DNA of 64,000 nt from Botryllus schlosseri. Its lineage: Eukaryota. The stretch covers positions 16,120,001 to 16,184,000 of the forward strand of contig CM119385.1 of the NCBI GenBank assembly GCA_051294905.1. The letters run 5' to 3'. The notes beneath the pieces are model-generated. The model worked only from the letters and a program-made list of their open reading frames with translations, was not told where the DNA came from and did no database searches. This document shows, piece after piece, positions 36,686 through 51,600 of this stretch; within the stretch, counting starts at the first letter, position 1, and every line of letters starts with the position of its first letter. The translations under genes were made by a program, and so were the position numbers.

Positions 36686-39600
36686 CTGGAAGAGTGGGAG
36701 AGTTGTAAAATTGCGCGATTTAGTATTACACAGAAGGTTAACGGCAGGTTTTTCGACGAGATGCAAGGGCGAAGGTGATCAATTTCCATGAAAACGAAGA
36801 CTGTTATGAGTCTTATGTCTGATCGACAGGATGATATCTGGTTTAGTGACATTGGTCCGCGGCCACAACGGAAAATCCCACTCGGGATAAATAGAATAAA
36901 ATATGTTAATCGCGTCACATTAAACTAGTAATGTCACTTTCACATTTTTTTCTTTCAGCGCTCAAGGGAGTATATAGAGTGAGAATCTTTATTTGTCAAC
37001 CGTGCAGATCAATAGATCCTACCACCTGCAATACTCATACTGGAAGCGTATTAGGATTTCACACTGGAACCTATTTAAAACAAGGAGTATTCAGGTAAAA
37101 AGGTTATTGGGCTCCTAAATTCCAATCCCGGATACGTTCATTACAATATCAACCGTAGGACTGCAATTGGAATAACGCGGTTCATCCACTTTACCTCGAT
37201 GTGGGCAGCGATGCTGGGATCTATGTCTCGTATGAAATTACAGACATCTTCCGTGTTCCACGCCTTCATGCGATCCAACGACATCTGAATCACTTTACTC
37301 CGTTCGAGAAGGTAACTTTCGTACGGGGCGCCTCGCGATGGGTAAGTGGGAGATGAAGATACGTTGCCGTTGGAGGTAAAATCGTGATTGCCGGGCATGG
37401 GTTCGAGCAGCGAGGTCGATATGCGGTCCTGTGCAGATGTAGGTCTCGTGGTTTGTCTGAAATAGAAGCGAGATTTCTATGGATTGATAACGGACGGTTA
37501 TAGCAGGAAATCAATAAATTTTTTAACCAAAGTTCACATCGAATCGGTTACTCGTTTTGCATATTTCTAGTCCTAACCGAATATGTGTTCCTTTCGGAAG
37601 GCCGAATTTTCCTAGAAGTTGAATGTACACTGTACAGTGTACGGTAAGGAATATAACCATATTTTGCAGAGACAAAAATTGTAACCTACCAATATCAGGA
37701 TACGGTGAATAAACTGCTGCCAGAGATGTTCAATTGTGTATTGAGTATGGATTTGTGTATAAAAAACGGATTTGAATATTCGGTCGAATTGAGATTTATA
37801 TTTCGGACTTGGAAGTATTGGTTGATTACTAACTTCCTACGACTTTTGAATACTTTTCTACTCATTTAACGCGCCTCATTCTTCCATGATATATTACCTT
37901 CTATTGATATCAGTAGATACGAAGGGCGGAGGTGCGCTTGAGCTCTGTCTTTTTGCAGGGGAAGACGCCCCGCCGTACGTATCAGCATCGCTATCCCGAT
38001 TGGACGAAGTTTTTCTGAAAAAGAAATTTCAAATATTACACACCTGCAAAATTATCCATCGGATTACGGTCGGATTTATGAGTCAACGCCGGAGATCGAC
38101 TGCACATGATAGCAAAAGACTTCGGGATTAGGACTTGGACTTATACGAGGTTTGTATTGGCAATGGGATTCAAATTTGAAATTCAATGATCTGCATCTTT
38201 ACATTCTGCATCATGTAGGTCCACAGTTGGTCAGATACGGAGTACTTCTGCCTTTTCGGAGTACTCACGTAGGTGTCGCCTACTTGCACTACTTACTCAA
38301 GTGGTTATGATTTTAGAAGGTTTCTATTTAACAGTTTTCAGTTGTTTTTAAGCAAAACTACGCCTACAATACTTTCTTGAAAGACGATATATTTACTTGC
38401 ATTTGAGTAGGCCTACCAGCGATTAATAATTTGACCACCTATGTGTAGGTCCGGTATAGAAAGACTGCACCAATATTAAAGTATTTCACCTTCCATTCGT
38501 ATTGCCCAAAAGATTTTCTTCCGTTGGTCTCTTCAGTGATAACATAGGCACCGCGTGCTTTTGTAGGTCCAACATCGGCATCAATTTGGAGGTCCCGTTA
38601 GACTGCTTTTGAGGCAGGCGAAACATACCACTCTCGTTGGAATCGTCGCCGTCGTTCCTGCTGGGTCTGTGGTGCAATGTCGTCACCGGCGTTTTGCTTA
38701 TAGGCGCGCGATCTCTGGAAAGCGATTGGAATGTGACGGTTTCGAACGTTTGACGTGATATTGATGTTTCATTATGATTGAGGTTTGTTTGTTTAATCGA
38801 CTAACCACTCTAGATAATCCCATCCAGTGTCGAGTATAGACACTTGCAGGGCCAAGATAGATCGTTTCCAGCTGCGGCAGCGTGATTTATACAGACGTGA
38901 TCCACACCGCGAAAACACTAAATAATTTCGAAAGAAAGATACACGAAATGCGTTCACTTGTACGAAACGGTGTGCTCAAGGATACGCATCTACGAGTTGT
39001 GAGTTAGTCACGTACCGCGCTGGATGAGCATTACGGATTCAGGGTGGATTTAATTAACGAAATGCGAGCTATATGAGACTCGCATTTTGACAAGGATAAA
39101 GTTACAATCGGATTTCGACTTTTATTCGGGTGTGATATGAAATGAGTACAGAACTCTGTTACCAAAGTGATTCGTCATGTCAAGAAAAAAGATAATAGAC
39201 GTTTAACAGACGATAATACAGTCCAGCAGACGACGTGAGGTCTTCGGAGTCAGCCGCTACCCGAAAGAGTATTTGGTTCTCCCTACATATATCTCCGGAC
39301 TAATTTTATTAAATTCGCATCGTCATAACCGGGCGGGGATTTGAGTGGGGAATTTGAAAACAGTGGGAGCTACGTTCTGCTCAAGAACAGGTATAGAAGT
39401 ACGGATTTCAAAGAAAGGAAAAAAACTACGTATTTCATGCCTAGTATTCAGTAACATACTGAAACTGCAAAGAGAGAGTAATGCCAGTAGACAAACCCGT
39501 ATAAATAGTAGAAGTACTTTCTTACCGACCCCTATGGAAATAAGGAACATAGACGGCCTCATGGTGCCCATGCGGAAAATTGGGGTCATGCAACTTTTCT

Positions 39601-42600
39601 GATCGGAAATTGTGATGTCATTGGTTACGTCACGCTGCTGTTGGGATACTTCCCCCAACCCAGAAAAACATCCCAGCCAAGTCATTCGCACAAAAATAAT
39701 GTCTACACTCACAAGGCCACACTGTCCCGTGAGTTCCCATCACGTTTTCCGACTCTGCTTGAAGGGTTCTTAACGTCGGCCTGATACCGGCCCCGGTCGT
39801 TCTGCCACTGGCTTTTCCGATGCCACTCGCCCTGTGCGTGCTGCCTCGAATTGAGCTCTATCATAGCCGCGTGTCTGGACGCTGTCCAAGACCTGACATC
39901 GTCCTTTACGGACCTTCCCGGGCGTTCTTCTCGCTGCCTCGACTCCAAAGCGATGTACTTCTGGTCCGCGCGCGACTGGGATGCGTGGCTACGCATTGGG
40001 CGTCGGTACTTGTCCGGGGTAGACGAGCCGGCCCCTCGCCTGTCCGAGTTGGGTTCCGGTTTTTTCGATTGCTTTGAGTAGTCAAACAGGTGGAATCCGT
40101 TGTCACCGTTTCTGCGGTTTTTCCTGCTGACCGAGAGAAGATGTGCTCAGTAGCGAAGTATACCCCAATTAGGGTTTGCCTACTTGGGCGACTCACTCAA
40201 GTAGTTATGTCCTATGACTACTTTCGCTGCTCCTTGAAAAGTTTTTGAGACAAACCTATAGGTGACAAGATAGCATATATGGTAGGGTTACCATATTTTG
40301 GAATCGGGAAAGGAAGACACATCTCCATAAGTTGAAGCATAGTTCGTAGGGCCCTAACTCATTCTGTGGACCCAGTTCTACCCATATAAGTCATGGAAAG
40401 GCTGGTAATGTTTGCCGCTTCGACCGAAGCGCTTATAGAAAGTATCAACAGCGCAACGTTTCTCTGCGACGCGATCGCACTTCGAAACACAAGCTCACTG
40501 CCCATTGCCGCGACCCAAGCCGAGCACTCTAACTCTCGCCGCGCGGTCGTTCCTTTGCTCCTGAGCTACGCTCTCGTTTTGCCAGACAGGATTGTTGCTT
40601 CCCAATGCCAATATCAATAACAATGAAAAAGTTTAGGCTGATTGTGGGGGTTCCAGGACCATGAGCGGAATAAAATCTATATTTTCGTAATCTGTACAGC
40701 GTCAGCTTTCGATGGATACTCGTTTTACCAAATCTAATGCTCCGCAAGCCGGTTAAAAATTACCGTCAAATCGCTTTAAGCCAAATGGAAGTGCGACGTA
40801 GACCAATTTCACTGAGCCGTGAGATTTGCTTTTGTCCATGTCCGCACCATATAGGAAACTATCGTGTAACTTTTCAACACTTTTATGAGCTTGTTTGTTC
40901 GTGGTATTCATGGTGTTTGTAGACTACAATGTTCATTAACACCAGACCGATTTATAGCATTATAGCACGGCCCACTTCTAGGCTTTTTTAGACGCCGTTC
41001 ACATCGTTCGAAGATTGAAGCTACTTGAAATGTCATAATACACATTATACATTTTACGTTAGTCGAGAAGATACATCTCGCAATTCTGAAAGTAGCCACT
41101 GCCGACCAACAGCTAAACCTGTGAGACCAACAACATATCAACGACATTTCTTGTCGGCCCCTTCATTAGCCATTTCCACTTGAAGTAGTATCGCCAAGAC
41201 TTGGAAATTGCCATTTTTCTACATGGAAGTGAGTAGAAATATTTAAGTTTTACTTCTATTTCGACTTGAGTATCAACGCTGACTACTTAACTATACCTCT
41301 GCAGTGATGAGTGTACGTATGCCAGAAAGGCTGTGGCAATTCCAGATCATCTCCTACGCAATTTCAGTTTCATAAGTTCGATTGTGATGTCAAAATACAT
41401 CGGAACTGGCCTTAGGACCGAGTCGGTCATGGTAAGTTACCCATCTCAGATTACCGAAACTATAGCGGCCCGGGAATAGATCGGTGCATTGTTCCGATGT
41501 ATAATATGTAAAGTAGGAGTATGCATACATTGTGCCCTCTACGTTCATATAGTTCAGTACCAAGTATAGCGATGTCAAATGGAGTTGACGGAAGCTTACG
41601 GAACGTAATGGCCTACAAAGTAAAACTCATTGTGAAATTTAGTACACGGTCGGACATAATATCTTGTATCGCGCATAATTGTAAACAAGCCCCTATAGTA
41701 GCTTACCCTTTCGAGTCGGACGTATTCAACGATCGGACATGTCCTGAGTAATCTGTAAAAGTAACACGAGATTAAACGAAGGAAATTTTACCTTTGGGAT
41801 AAACCACAGCAATTCGCATTACTTGATTTTGACCAGACTAGTCAACTTTTTGACGTGATTTGGTCCTAAATTCTTGAACTGGGCTTGTGGTGTAAGTATT
41901 ATACCCAACCGAAATACGTGACATAACATATATTCTACATTACATTGAACTAAAAAATGGCAGGTCTGAAAATAACTCAAGGAACTAGTTTCAAAAAGTA
42001 GATTTCGTTATAGTATACATTACTAACCTACGGATAGATACGCAACTCCAGCAAAACCAGTCGTTACGCTCGGACAAACAGTTACACTTATTGCTGAGCA
42101 TGAGCAATCTAAAAGCAGCATAATTGGTAGAGCCATATCTGGCGACCAAAGTGCTGAAAATTAATAAAACTGGTCTTCACCGAAAGCTAGTGTCGCACTG
42201 ATTCCGACAATACATGTAAAAAATTTGTCAGAGCAATGCAACCACATCAAAACAGCCCTCAAAGTCTGAAAATCGGCATTGTTCCGAACAATCGCTTGAC
42301 GAAATTGAATATTGTTATGTTCATTGTGTCACGGCGCTGCCATTGTTGGAGCAATGCCGGTTTTCAGACTTTACGGGCTGTTTAGGGGTGATTCCATTGC
42401 CTTGACAAGATTTTAATCTGTATTTTCGGAATCAGTGCGACACTGGCTTTCGATTAAGACCAATTATACTAAATTTCAGCGCTCTGGTCGCCTTCTACAG
42501 CACTACCAATTACGCTACTTTCAGATTGCTCAGCAATACGAGATACTGCTTGCCCAAGCGTAACAACCTGGAGTTGCGCATCTATCCGTAGGTTCGTAAT

Positions 42601-45600
42601 CTATAGTTATACCATAGTGTCCTATATGGTGTCGACACAGGCAAATCTCACGCCTCAGTGAAATTGTATTACGTCACAATTTCCATTTGGCTACAGGCAA
42701 TTTGACGGTCATTTTTGACCGGCTTGCCGAGCATTAAATTTGGTAAAACGGGTATCAATCGAAAGCTGACTCTGCACTGATTACGAAAATATAAATTTTA
42801 TTCCGCTTGTGGCCCTGGAACTCCCACAGTCAGCCACGAATTTTTCATTGTTATGGAGATTGGCATTGGGACGCAACAATGCTGAACAATGCTGTCTGGC
42901 TCTTTTTCTCTTGAGCCACTCTCTCGTTTCGCCAGACAGCATTGTTTCGTCCTAATGCCAATCTCCATAACAATGAAAAATTCGAGGCTGATTGTGGGGG
43001 TTCCAGGGCCACGAGCGGAATAAAATTTATGGAAATTGTGACGTGATACAATTTCACTGAGGCGTGAGATTTGCCTGTGTCGAAACCACATAGGACACTA
43101 TGGTTATACATATTCGCGTGGTGTTCATAGAAAAAAAATTTGGTTTCATGGGAAACACCGGTTTTATATGGAGATATCGAAGAAGCGCCCAGAAATCTGC
43201 CGTATCTATCAACGTATTGTCTCATATCAACGCAATCATTCACTGACCTCCGTAATGAGCGGCGCCCATTCCGAGCGGATTCCCCATCGTCTGCGCCAGG
43301 TTGAGAAACTGCCGATGCTGTTCGCCCGGGCTGAAGGACCGGCTCACCAGAGCCAGCATCTGACGGTATTGCTCTTCCGGTGGCATCAATGCGTATGCCG
43401 CGGTAAAGGAATTCGGCGAGTGTGCGTCTGAATGGATAGCGCTATAGTGGTGAATTTGTATTGGGGACGGCTAAGCTGTGTATGACTTACGCATGCTGTC
43501 GCTGGCATATCCATCTTGTCGGGAATACGGTCTCTTCGGGGACGGCGATGCAGACCGCCGGCGGTCGTTGTGGTCGTCGCTACTCTGTTGAAATTCGACA
43601 CATAAAAACATCGCCAGTCAAGTACGTTTGTGGTGTGGATTTAAAAGTACTACATGCCGACCGTTTACCGACCTGGTATTTTCGCGATCGACCGAAAGTT
43701 ATAACGCATTTGGGGAGGGGGTCAGACACGGAGTCCATCTGCTTGTTCGGAGTGTTTATTAAGCATTGCCCACTCGCACAACTGTACTTAGTCGAGTAGT
43801 TGCGATTTATATACTTTTACCTGATCCGTAATGGTTTTTAAGTCAATTCTACTTACTTCTTGAGCTGTTAGCTTTGTAAAGTAGCAATTAGTTTTTAGGT
43901 ATATTTGCATCAACTTTGTGAGTGAAATTGGCATAGCAACTTGGAGAAATAGCTCCTGTCACAGGCCGCAATAGACGCCCAAAATATGCCGATTAAACGA
44001 TAGTTTCAACAAACCTACGGGCATGAGTGAAATAACCATTAATATGGAATCACTGCAAATAACACCGAAACGCTGCACCCCTCACTCCAGAGGTAGCCAG
44101 CAACGGAGTACTCTTCACTTTTTATGATTACTCAAGTAGGTTTGACCTTGTATTATTATTATATTCTTTATTCGCAGTAAATCTGGTAAATACACACATA
44201 ATCCGGAGAGCAACCTGCCCACATAGGAAAATGGCGAGATTGGAGTAAAGTTTTGAAATTTCAGTAGTACAATGAAATTGTTATTCCTATGTAATACTTG
44301 AAGAGGTCAGATCACAGAATTGCGGTAGATGAAGAATTGGCAATGGTTGCAAAGCAGAGCAGTGACAATTTCAACCGCCACACTCATTATAGTTTCAATG
44401 AAACGTTAAGAAAAGGTATTATGGATATCTAGAGAAACAGTTGACATACTTGCACTACTTACTCAAGTGAATGTTGTCCTTTTAGGCTATACTTGCATTT
44501 CTACTTCAGAATACTGACATTTTAAGTTGGAAATGGCTACTTCTACTTTTACTTCAGTGCCAACGATGACTGCTTTTAACACAGTAGCCTAATAGACTTA
44601 TGGTCAGCGAACGCGATAGTCATATAACTTCATATGTTGTATAGCAGAGGTGATCAACCTTTTTGCCAATCACGGCCGCATTTCGACTACATATGTAACC
44701 TACGGCCGCATTCCCGGCCGTAGCCGTAATGAACTAGCTGGACGCAAAATACCTATGTTAAACTGTCCATGGCCATTTCCAGTGAACTTAGGACTATTCC
44801 ACTTTTCATATCGGCCTATTATACGCACCGAAATCGCGAGTGGTACTGTTATGAATAGTTACTGAGATTGGTTTTTCAGATTCATTAATGGATTCCGCCA
44901 TTAATAGTAGCAGTATCACATATTACTATCAAAGCTTTATCCTTTATCAGCCTATGTGATTAGATTCACCGGTAGAGTTGATAGAGGGAATTCTTTCGAA
45001 AATTTAGGGCAAGTTATAAATGATGATGCATCATCATCCGGTGGGCCAATTGTTATTAGTCACTTTGTTGCATTCTTTTATTTCTTGACCTCCCCCTCCC
45101 CATCAGGATTGTCGGTATAGTAGAAATATATTGGAATCGCCCAAATGTACCAGATACAAATATATTTTGTGAGGAGCACGCGATTCCGATTCCGACTCAT
45201 ATAGCAAAGGGCACTACTATATTAAAATCAAAAATTGAAGTCGTATTGAATCGCACCGAGCGCGAAGAACATTTCAAGAAGAATTCGTAATTTCAATTTG
45301 CATGTCGACGGCCGCCAATGCATACTAATTGAATGACGTGTCGACGGCCGCACAAATTCCCTTCTACGGCCGCCGTAGGTTACCCGCCATGTTGTACAGG
45401 TATAGGTATAAACATCAACATTTAAAGAACTCCAAGCTCACCCTGCGGTCCGACTCCTCCCTGGAGCGTTTCCTGTTTTGAGGAGAGGGCGACGGCGTAC
45501 CGCGCCTGCAATGCGATTTGGACGAGAGGTCGAGCGTGTCGGGCGTGCTGTTGCTTTCGAAGCCGCTTGCTTTGTGCAGCTGCGAGATGATGGAGTTTAG

Positions 45601-48600
45601 ACTGCCCTCGTATCTAAACCAAGGTTACGACTGTGAAAAACTGGTATCTTCCTTATAATTATCGGAATATTATGATAATATACACCTGTCAACAACATCA
45701 AAACCACGATTGGTAGTGGCCTTTGATTGCAGTAGCGTTTCCGCTTTTAGTCACTTCACTGTGTGGCTATCCTTCAGGACACGATTTATACCGAGAAACA
45801 GGCATAGTGGAACAACCCATTTCCTAGTACTAACGATGACTACTTTGACCATCTCTGACCATCATCTCATGGCGAATTGGTTAAATTAAATGTATGTTTG
45901 CATTGTATAGGGAGTTGTATTAAACGGAATCGATATAGCGATCAGGAGATAATCCCGTATTGACTTGTCAGCAGATCCGTATACTACAATCGCAAGTACC
46001 ACTTACCCGTGTCGCGTCATCTCGTCTGCGTCCGAGTGGCGTCCGTCGTCGTAGGGAGATTGGATCTTGATTGGCTTGCTTGTAACTGCGGCGCAATTCT
46101 TCAGAGACAGCTTCTTGCCGTGTAGCAGCTTAGACTGTTCGGGAGGAAATGCAAAACTTTACGACTCATGACCGTGATGAATATCCATGCTAAACGCATG
46201 CTTCAGTTGAAATCTACCAGCCATCTGTACGTCCTCTTGTTACAGTAAACAATACATTATGGTTCTCCATGGCTTGCACTGCAAAAAGTACATTACGACT
46301 TGTCTCCATGACTTTTCGGCTCTACGGATGCTGTTACGAAATCATAGCGCCGAGCCTACTTACACTGAAAGCACCAACAGAATACTGCAAATAGCCACGA
46401 AATGGTTACGTATCGCACGTGGAGCAAATGAGGCGCCAAGTTCTGAATAATAATATGACCTTGCACTCGATGGAACACACATCTCACTGAGATATGAAAT
46501 ACTTTGATATCTCTTTAAGATTCGGTTTCAAATCGGCACTTAAATAAGCAATCGTGAGAGGATTCCATCATCGACTATACGTATATTCAAGTAGATCATA
46601 AGGGGCTTTTCTTGGAGTCAGCCTCTTGTGTCAGTGAGATATCAGCAATGCAGCCACACTTATGAAGCGCAATACACATATTATAATCCGACTAAACCAT
46701 TCGAATAGCATATCTAATTTAACTCGTTTGTGTCGTTTGCGTTTGAGTTTCGATTGCCTGGATTCCTCGGACTAATGTGAACTGAACATGGCTTTTGGAA
46801 TTGAAATCAAATATACGAAGTCTCCATGATGAATCCCAAGTATGAAGTATTCCAGAGTGGGATATGTTGGGTACGCCAACCACTATTTCAGTGGCTGTTG
46901 ATGTTGAGATTGTTAATCATATTGATGTTTTACTGTGCTACCCGTTAGGATTCAGGAAGTAGAACTTGGCTGAATCAAGCTCGCCATTACCGCAGTCTGT
47001 CAGGTCTATAAACGCCTATGGTCTCTCAAGCACACTCGTGTCATATGCGATATGTGTCCTATCCAATGTTGATTTGTAATGGGTGTAGGACAGTTGCTAC
47101 ATAGATTACCATATCTCCATTCTGATAGCTACTTGCCATTGCCAAACCAGCAGTGACATTGCTGTTTACCCAAGTAACTATACATGAAAACGGATACCTT
47201 CCGTTTACCTGACGCTCATGACAAGGATTAGTAACACGCAGGAAGACTAACTTCCTCAGGAAATTACAGACGCAACATCCGTTTTCTGAATGTAGGACGC
47301 GATTTGAGCAGAGAGCTAATATTGCCATTGTATGTAGCCAGTGACATTAAAAATAAACATTAGGCAGTCAAGTGCAAACACATGCAAACATTCGTTCGAA
47401 TTTTGATTACAATGCAAGCGACACACAATGCATATATAACTAATTGACCTGGTGCACAAGGCCATTGCTGCCGAGCACCAACAATTCCATACCAACAACT
47501 ACAACAAGCGATACACAATGAAACTGTTTCCGACAACCACATCTGTGGTTGAAAGACAATCGGTAAACGGTTAAAAGCTTTTGTAGAAGTTGTCAAAATT
47601 AGCACCCCAGCATGTACCATTTAGAGGCGTGGCAAAGAAGGAAGAACCAGGAATTGCCGAAACTTTTCAGTCGTGAAATTAGGGCATGACAATCGAATGA
47701 CACAAAGCCAAACAAAGCAAAGACTAGAGTATGATATAGTCAAGATGAAAATTTAGATATTATTGAGAAAGAAAGATATTATTCTATATCCAGATAATGT
47801 GCTATAGGAAAATTCCTAGCCTACCTCGTTCTGAGAAAATATACGTCCATTAATAGAAAGCATCCCCTGGTGACCGGTTCAACAAGAATCAATATATCTA
47901 GGATTCACAAAGCGCCCAAATTCTTAGTTTTATTCGAGCATCGACTTAAGTTGGCCATTGCACGAGGATCACAAATTTACTCGCTAAAGACGACCTAGGG
48001 GAACTTCAGAAAAAGCGATATTTGGCAATTATCTATTTTCGAAGCTATCTATCCCACAAAACAAGTTCTTATGATTACTATTCTACAAGGTGCTGCAACA
48101 CTTCTCGGACTATACTGAATCTTTATTATGACATCGTCATGCAATATCATTTCAGTGGGTTGTGGCCTACGGTAAAGTCATCCCTGTACTGACCTCATGA
48201 CAACGCAAATAAACGATACAGAAACACCGATTGCACATCCGGTCGAATGCTGACACTAATGCTGTGCTTGTACCTGCACTTGAACCCTGGACTTATGCAG
48301 AGATTGTTTCAATCAGGTACCACTAATCATGGTTCACAACCAGGCGCTGTATTCAAATCACCTACGGCGCACATTCTTATATAGCATATACATTGTCTTC
48401 CTTCCTCCGGAAGTCTTCCAAAACAGTAGCGAAGGTGAAGTCTATACCGCCATGATTTATGCGTTAACATCAGATTGCAATTCCTAATGCTTTGTGTAAA
48501 ATTGTAATACAAATCTATGCAAGAGAAGAGGGTGGGCGGCATATAGCAGCAAAATGCGCAAGGATTGTATTTGAATGCGACATCTGGTGGATATTAAATT

Positions 48601-51600
48601 TAATCGCTTTACTTGGGGTAGGCCTATAGGGCGATCGTCACGATTTTTCGATGTAGATTGGTGTATCGTGTCGTATACGGGGGACAAATTTTAAATGATT
48701 CTATAGTTCTATAGCCTGTGGACCGTTGCAGTCATCGTATTCAAGCGGCTCAAACCGTCTTGTGAGAACCCCCACACCATTCCCAATTTTGGGCCGAACT
48801 TTGTGAAGATATCCGCCTTCACTGTGTGTAAATGAATCAGTGACACCACCTCATTGTTAAAGAATCCTCTCAATTTGAGTTTATTCTGCCCCTGTTAAGT
48901 TTTCATCGTGGACACGCCTCCGATTGTAGCCTACTTGAAACACTCACATTTCATATGAAATCCCGACATTAGATAACTTTCACAAAGGATCACAAATCCA
49001 CTCCGGTCGATACAGGAATCATTAAACTACGACTTGAAGTCTATATTTTCTACCTGACCTGACCCGGTTTATAGGGTAAACGAAACTGAAAAGGCGAACT
49101 GGTAGCATGTATGACATATAGCTATACAGGAAGAGAAGCGATGGTACTATAACGGTAAAATACAGGACGTGGGTTATGAAATAGATACGCCTTTCATCAT
49201 GATAATCATCGCAACATGATAGAAGCGCATCGCTAAGAAAAAGCGATGGCATGTTTTCACGAACTTGGCTTGTTTCATAACAGATTAGCGTTCCTTCGAC
49301 ACCCGCGAGACGGCACAAATAACATTTTTAATACATAGCTGCACAATAATGAACTATTGAATGACTATAATTTTGAGTTGTGTCATCTGGCACAAGTCCA
49401 CAGTCAATATCTCCAAACGACACAGCGTATTGTACACGTATAAAGGGTGCAGCACATGACGCACAGCGTGTACCAGCGTCATTTTGTTCCTTCGCACATT
49501 CAAGAAAGAAACACACCCTGTAAGTGATGGAAAAGCCAAATGTTCAAGTGTATTCCATTGCTGTGCTGTCCTCACTCCAAGGCGATTAGAAAGAACAACA
49601 CTGGCCCTTAAATAACTCATTATTACGATATTCGCCATCAGCACTCTCACTACCATGTAATCTCTCTCTCACCCTCTCTATCTCTCCCTTACTCTCTCTC
49701 TCTCTCTCTCTCTCTATTTCCAATAACCTTCATTGATTTTCCAAAAATCTAGACGAGTCAATTCAGGATTAATGATTCTCGATCAAACTATTCAGTAACT
49801 TTGCGCCTATACGCTGTCCAAAATCACAACACATCTCGACACGACCGCACGCATCCACTGGTATATTGCTATATCTCAAGTATATACTTCCGGGTAGTAT
49901 ACAGTGAGACAGGAAGGAAGCATGACTGCAGGCGTTGTGTTTGCGACGGAAGCATATACAAAAGTTTCGCGATGAATTCATATCTACGCGAACGAAGTAG
50001 CTTGCGAGCTATAGCATATATAGAAGAGCCGTGCAGATTGTGTCGCATTGCAACACCATGACCGGAAGCACTAACAAAAAGTTGGATCAAGAGTTCTCAC
50101 AATACATGTATACTTTTTCTAACAATTCAGTTGGCGATATAATGACAGGATTTCGTCCGTATATGATCACGCGATATTATTTAATGGCTGTGAGGCCCAT
50201 CGCGCCAACCCTAAAGCACATAGCACACATGGCCCCATTTGCATATCCGGATTCAAAATAGACATGACGTTCAGATATACATTGTTGTCCTGTGAATGCC
50301 ATAGTTTAAAATCATACCTACACTTTCCCAGGTCTGCATTTAAACCGCTTTTAATCACCCTTTTATTTGCGGGCATCTATATGCAGATTGTAGTTTGAAT
50401 CAAGCAGACCGGATACAGTGGGTCTGACCCGTCAATATCGCCCGTAGATTGATGAGAAAGCCTTGACCGCTGTCATACTTACAAATAAAGCAAAAACAGC
50501 TGGTTTTCAGTCAAATTTAACACTGTGACAGTGGAAACGGATCTGTCAGCAGATATGCAATGAACAAACACCCGCTCCTGCGACAAATATGACCGAGTCT
50601 TGGACAAGTAGACAATTAGCGAAGCGTGGTCAGCAATATCCCTCAAGAAAAAATGGACAAAACTTTCGCTGCGACTGTAAGGCTATCCGCAACAATCGGC
50701 TTCCTCGATATTTTTGGCATCCTGTTGTAATCGCCCTGCTGAATTCTCCACCCCGCGCGAACAATACCGCTAACTTTGTAGAGGCGTTATCAAAAGATTC
50801 AACTGTATCTAATACAGTGCAGCAGCGACCGCGACACGACAATGGTTTCGGCGCGTCAGCCTGCTGCTCCTCCAGCACGCTTCCTTCCTTCCGTAAATGC
50901 AGTCTTATCCTGTTCCCGCCTCTCTCAGGAAGGCACGAGGCGGAGCGTTGTGTATTTTAAGCGAACATATTTCGAATTTGGTGTGCCGGTACGTGCCGAA
51001 GCTGTCACTAAATCTAGGTTTTGTCGTTAAACATCCTCAGCGTCGTCTGCCGCACGACTTCAATTCTTTAGCCACCGCAATCGACACGCAGACGCTACAA
51101 TACAAAAGCCGTATCACAAAAACAAGGGGCAGTCAAAAGCGTGTCGTTGTAACTCAGGGGAAGCAGAGACTAGACAAGAACGTGCGATTGACATTTAAGC
51201 GCTTCACTAGCAGTGCGTATATGCAAATTTGCTTTCAAGAGATCTAAGGTAAACGCGAACAACGTTAATGGCGAGACATACGATAGCTACAATTTGCAGG
51301 ATGCGGATTGGATGAGATTGACGTCTTATCAGATCTGGAATCTTGAATCGGATGGCTCCCGAGCTTATTAGCTATTTAAAATACCAGATCCGACCCAAAC
51401 AGTGTGGATTCAAATCGAATGGATTTCAAGTCGCCAATTCGAGTGGCCCATCTGATTGGTTCTATACGAATATCGAGAAAACCATTTCTGAGAATGGTTT
51501 TTACCGAGAATAGTCATTACCGAGAATCTAGCTTACTGAGACGGACAATCGGACATTGTCGGAATTTATACCTGAGAAACGGCACCGAATATAGCAATGC

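Noticed and set aside
41297-41353. 57-nt SAMD11 exon (tag...GAG|gtatag)
   Set aside because: After the 46-nt exon it gives an immediate stop; used instead of it, it puts the next exon out of frame.
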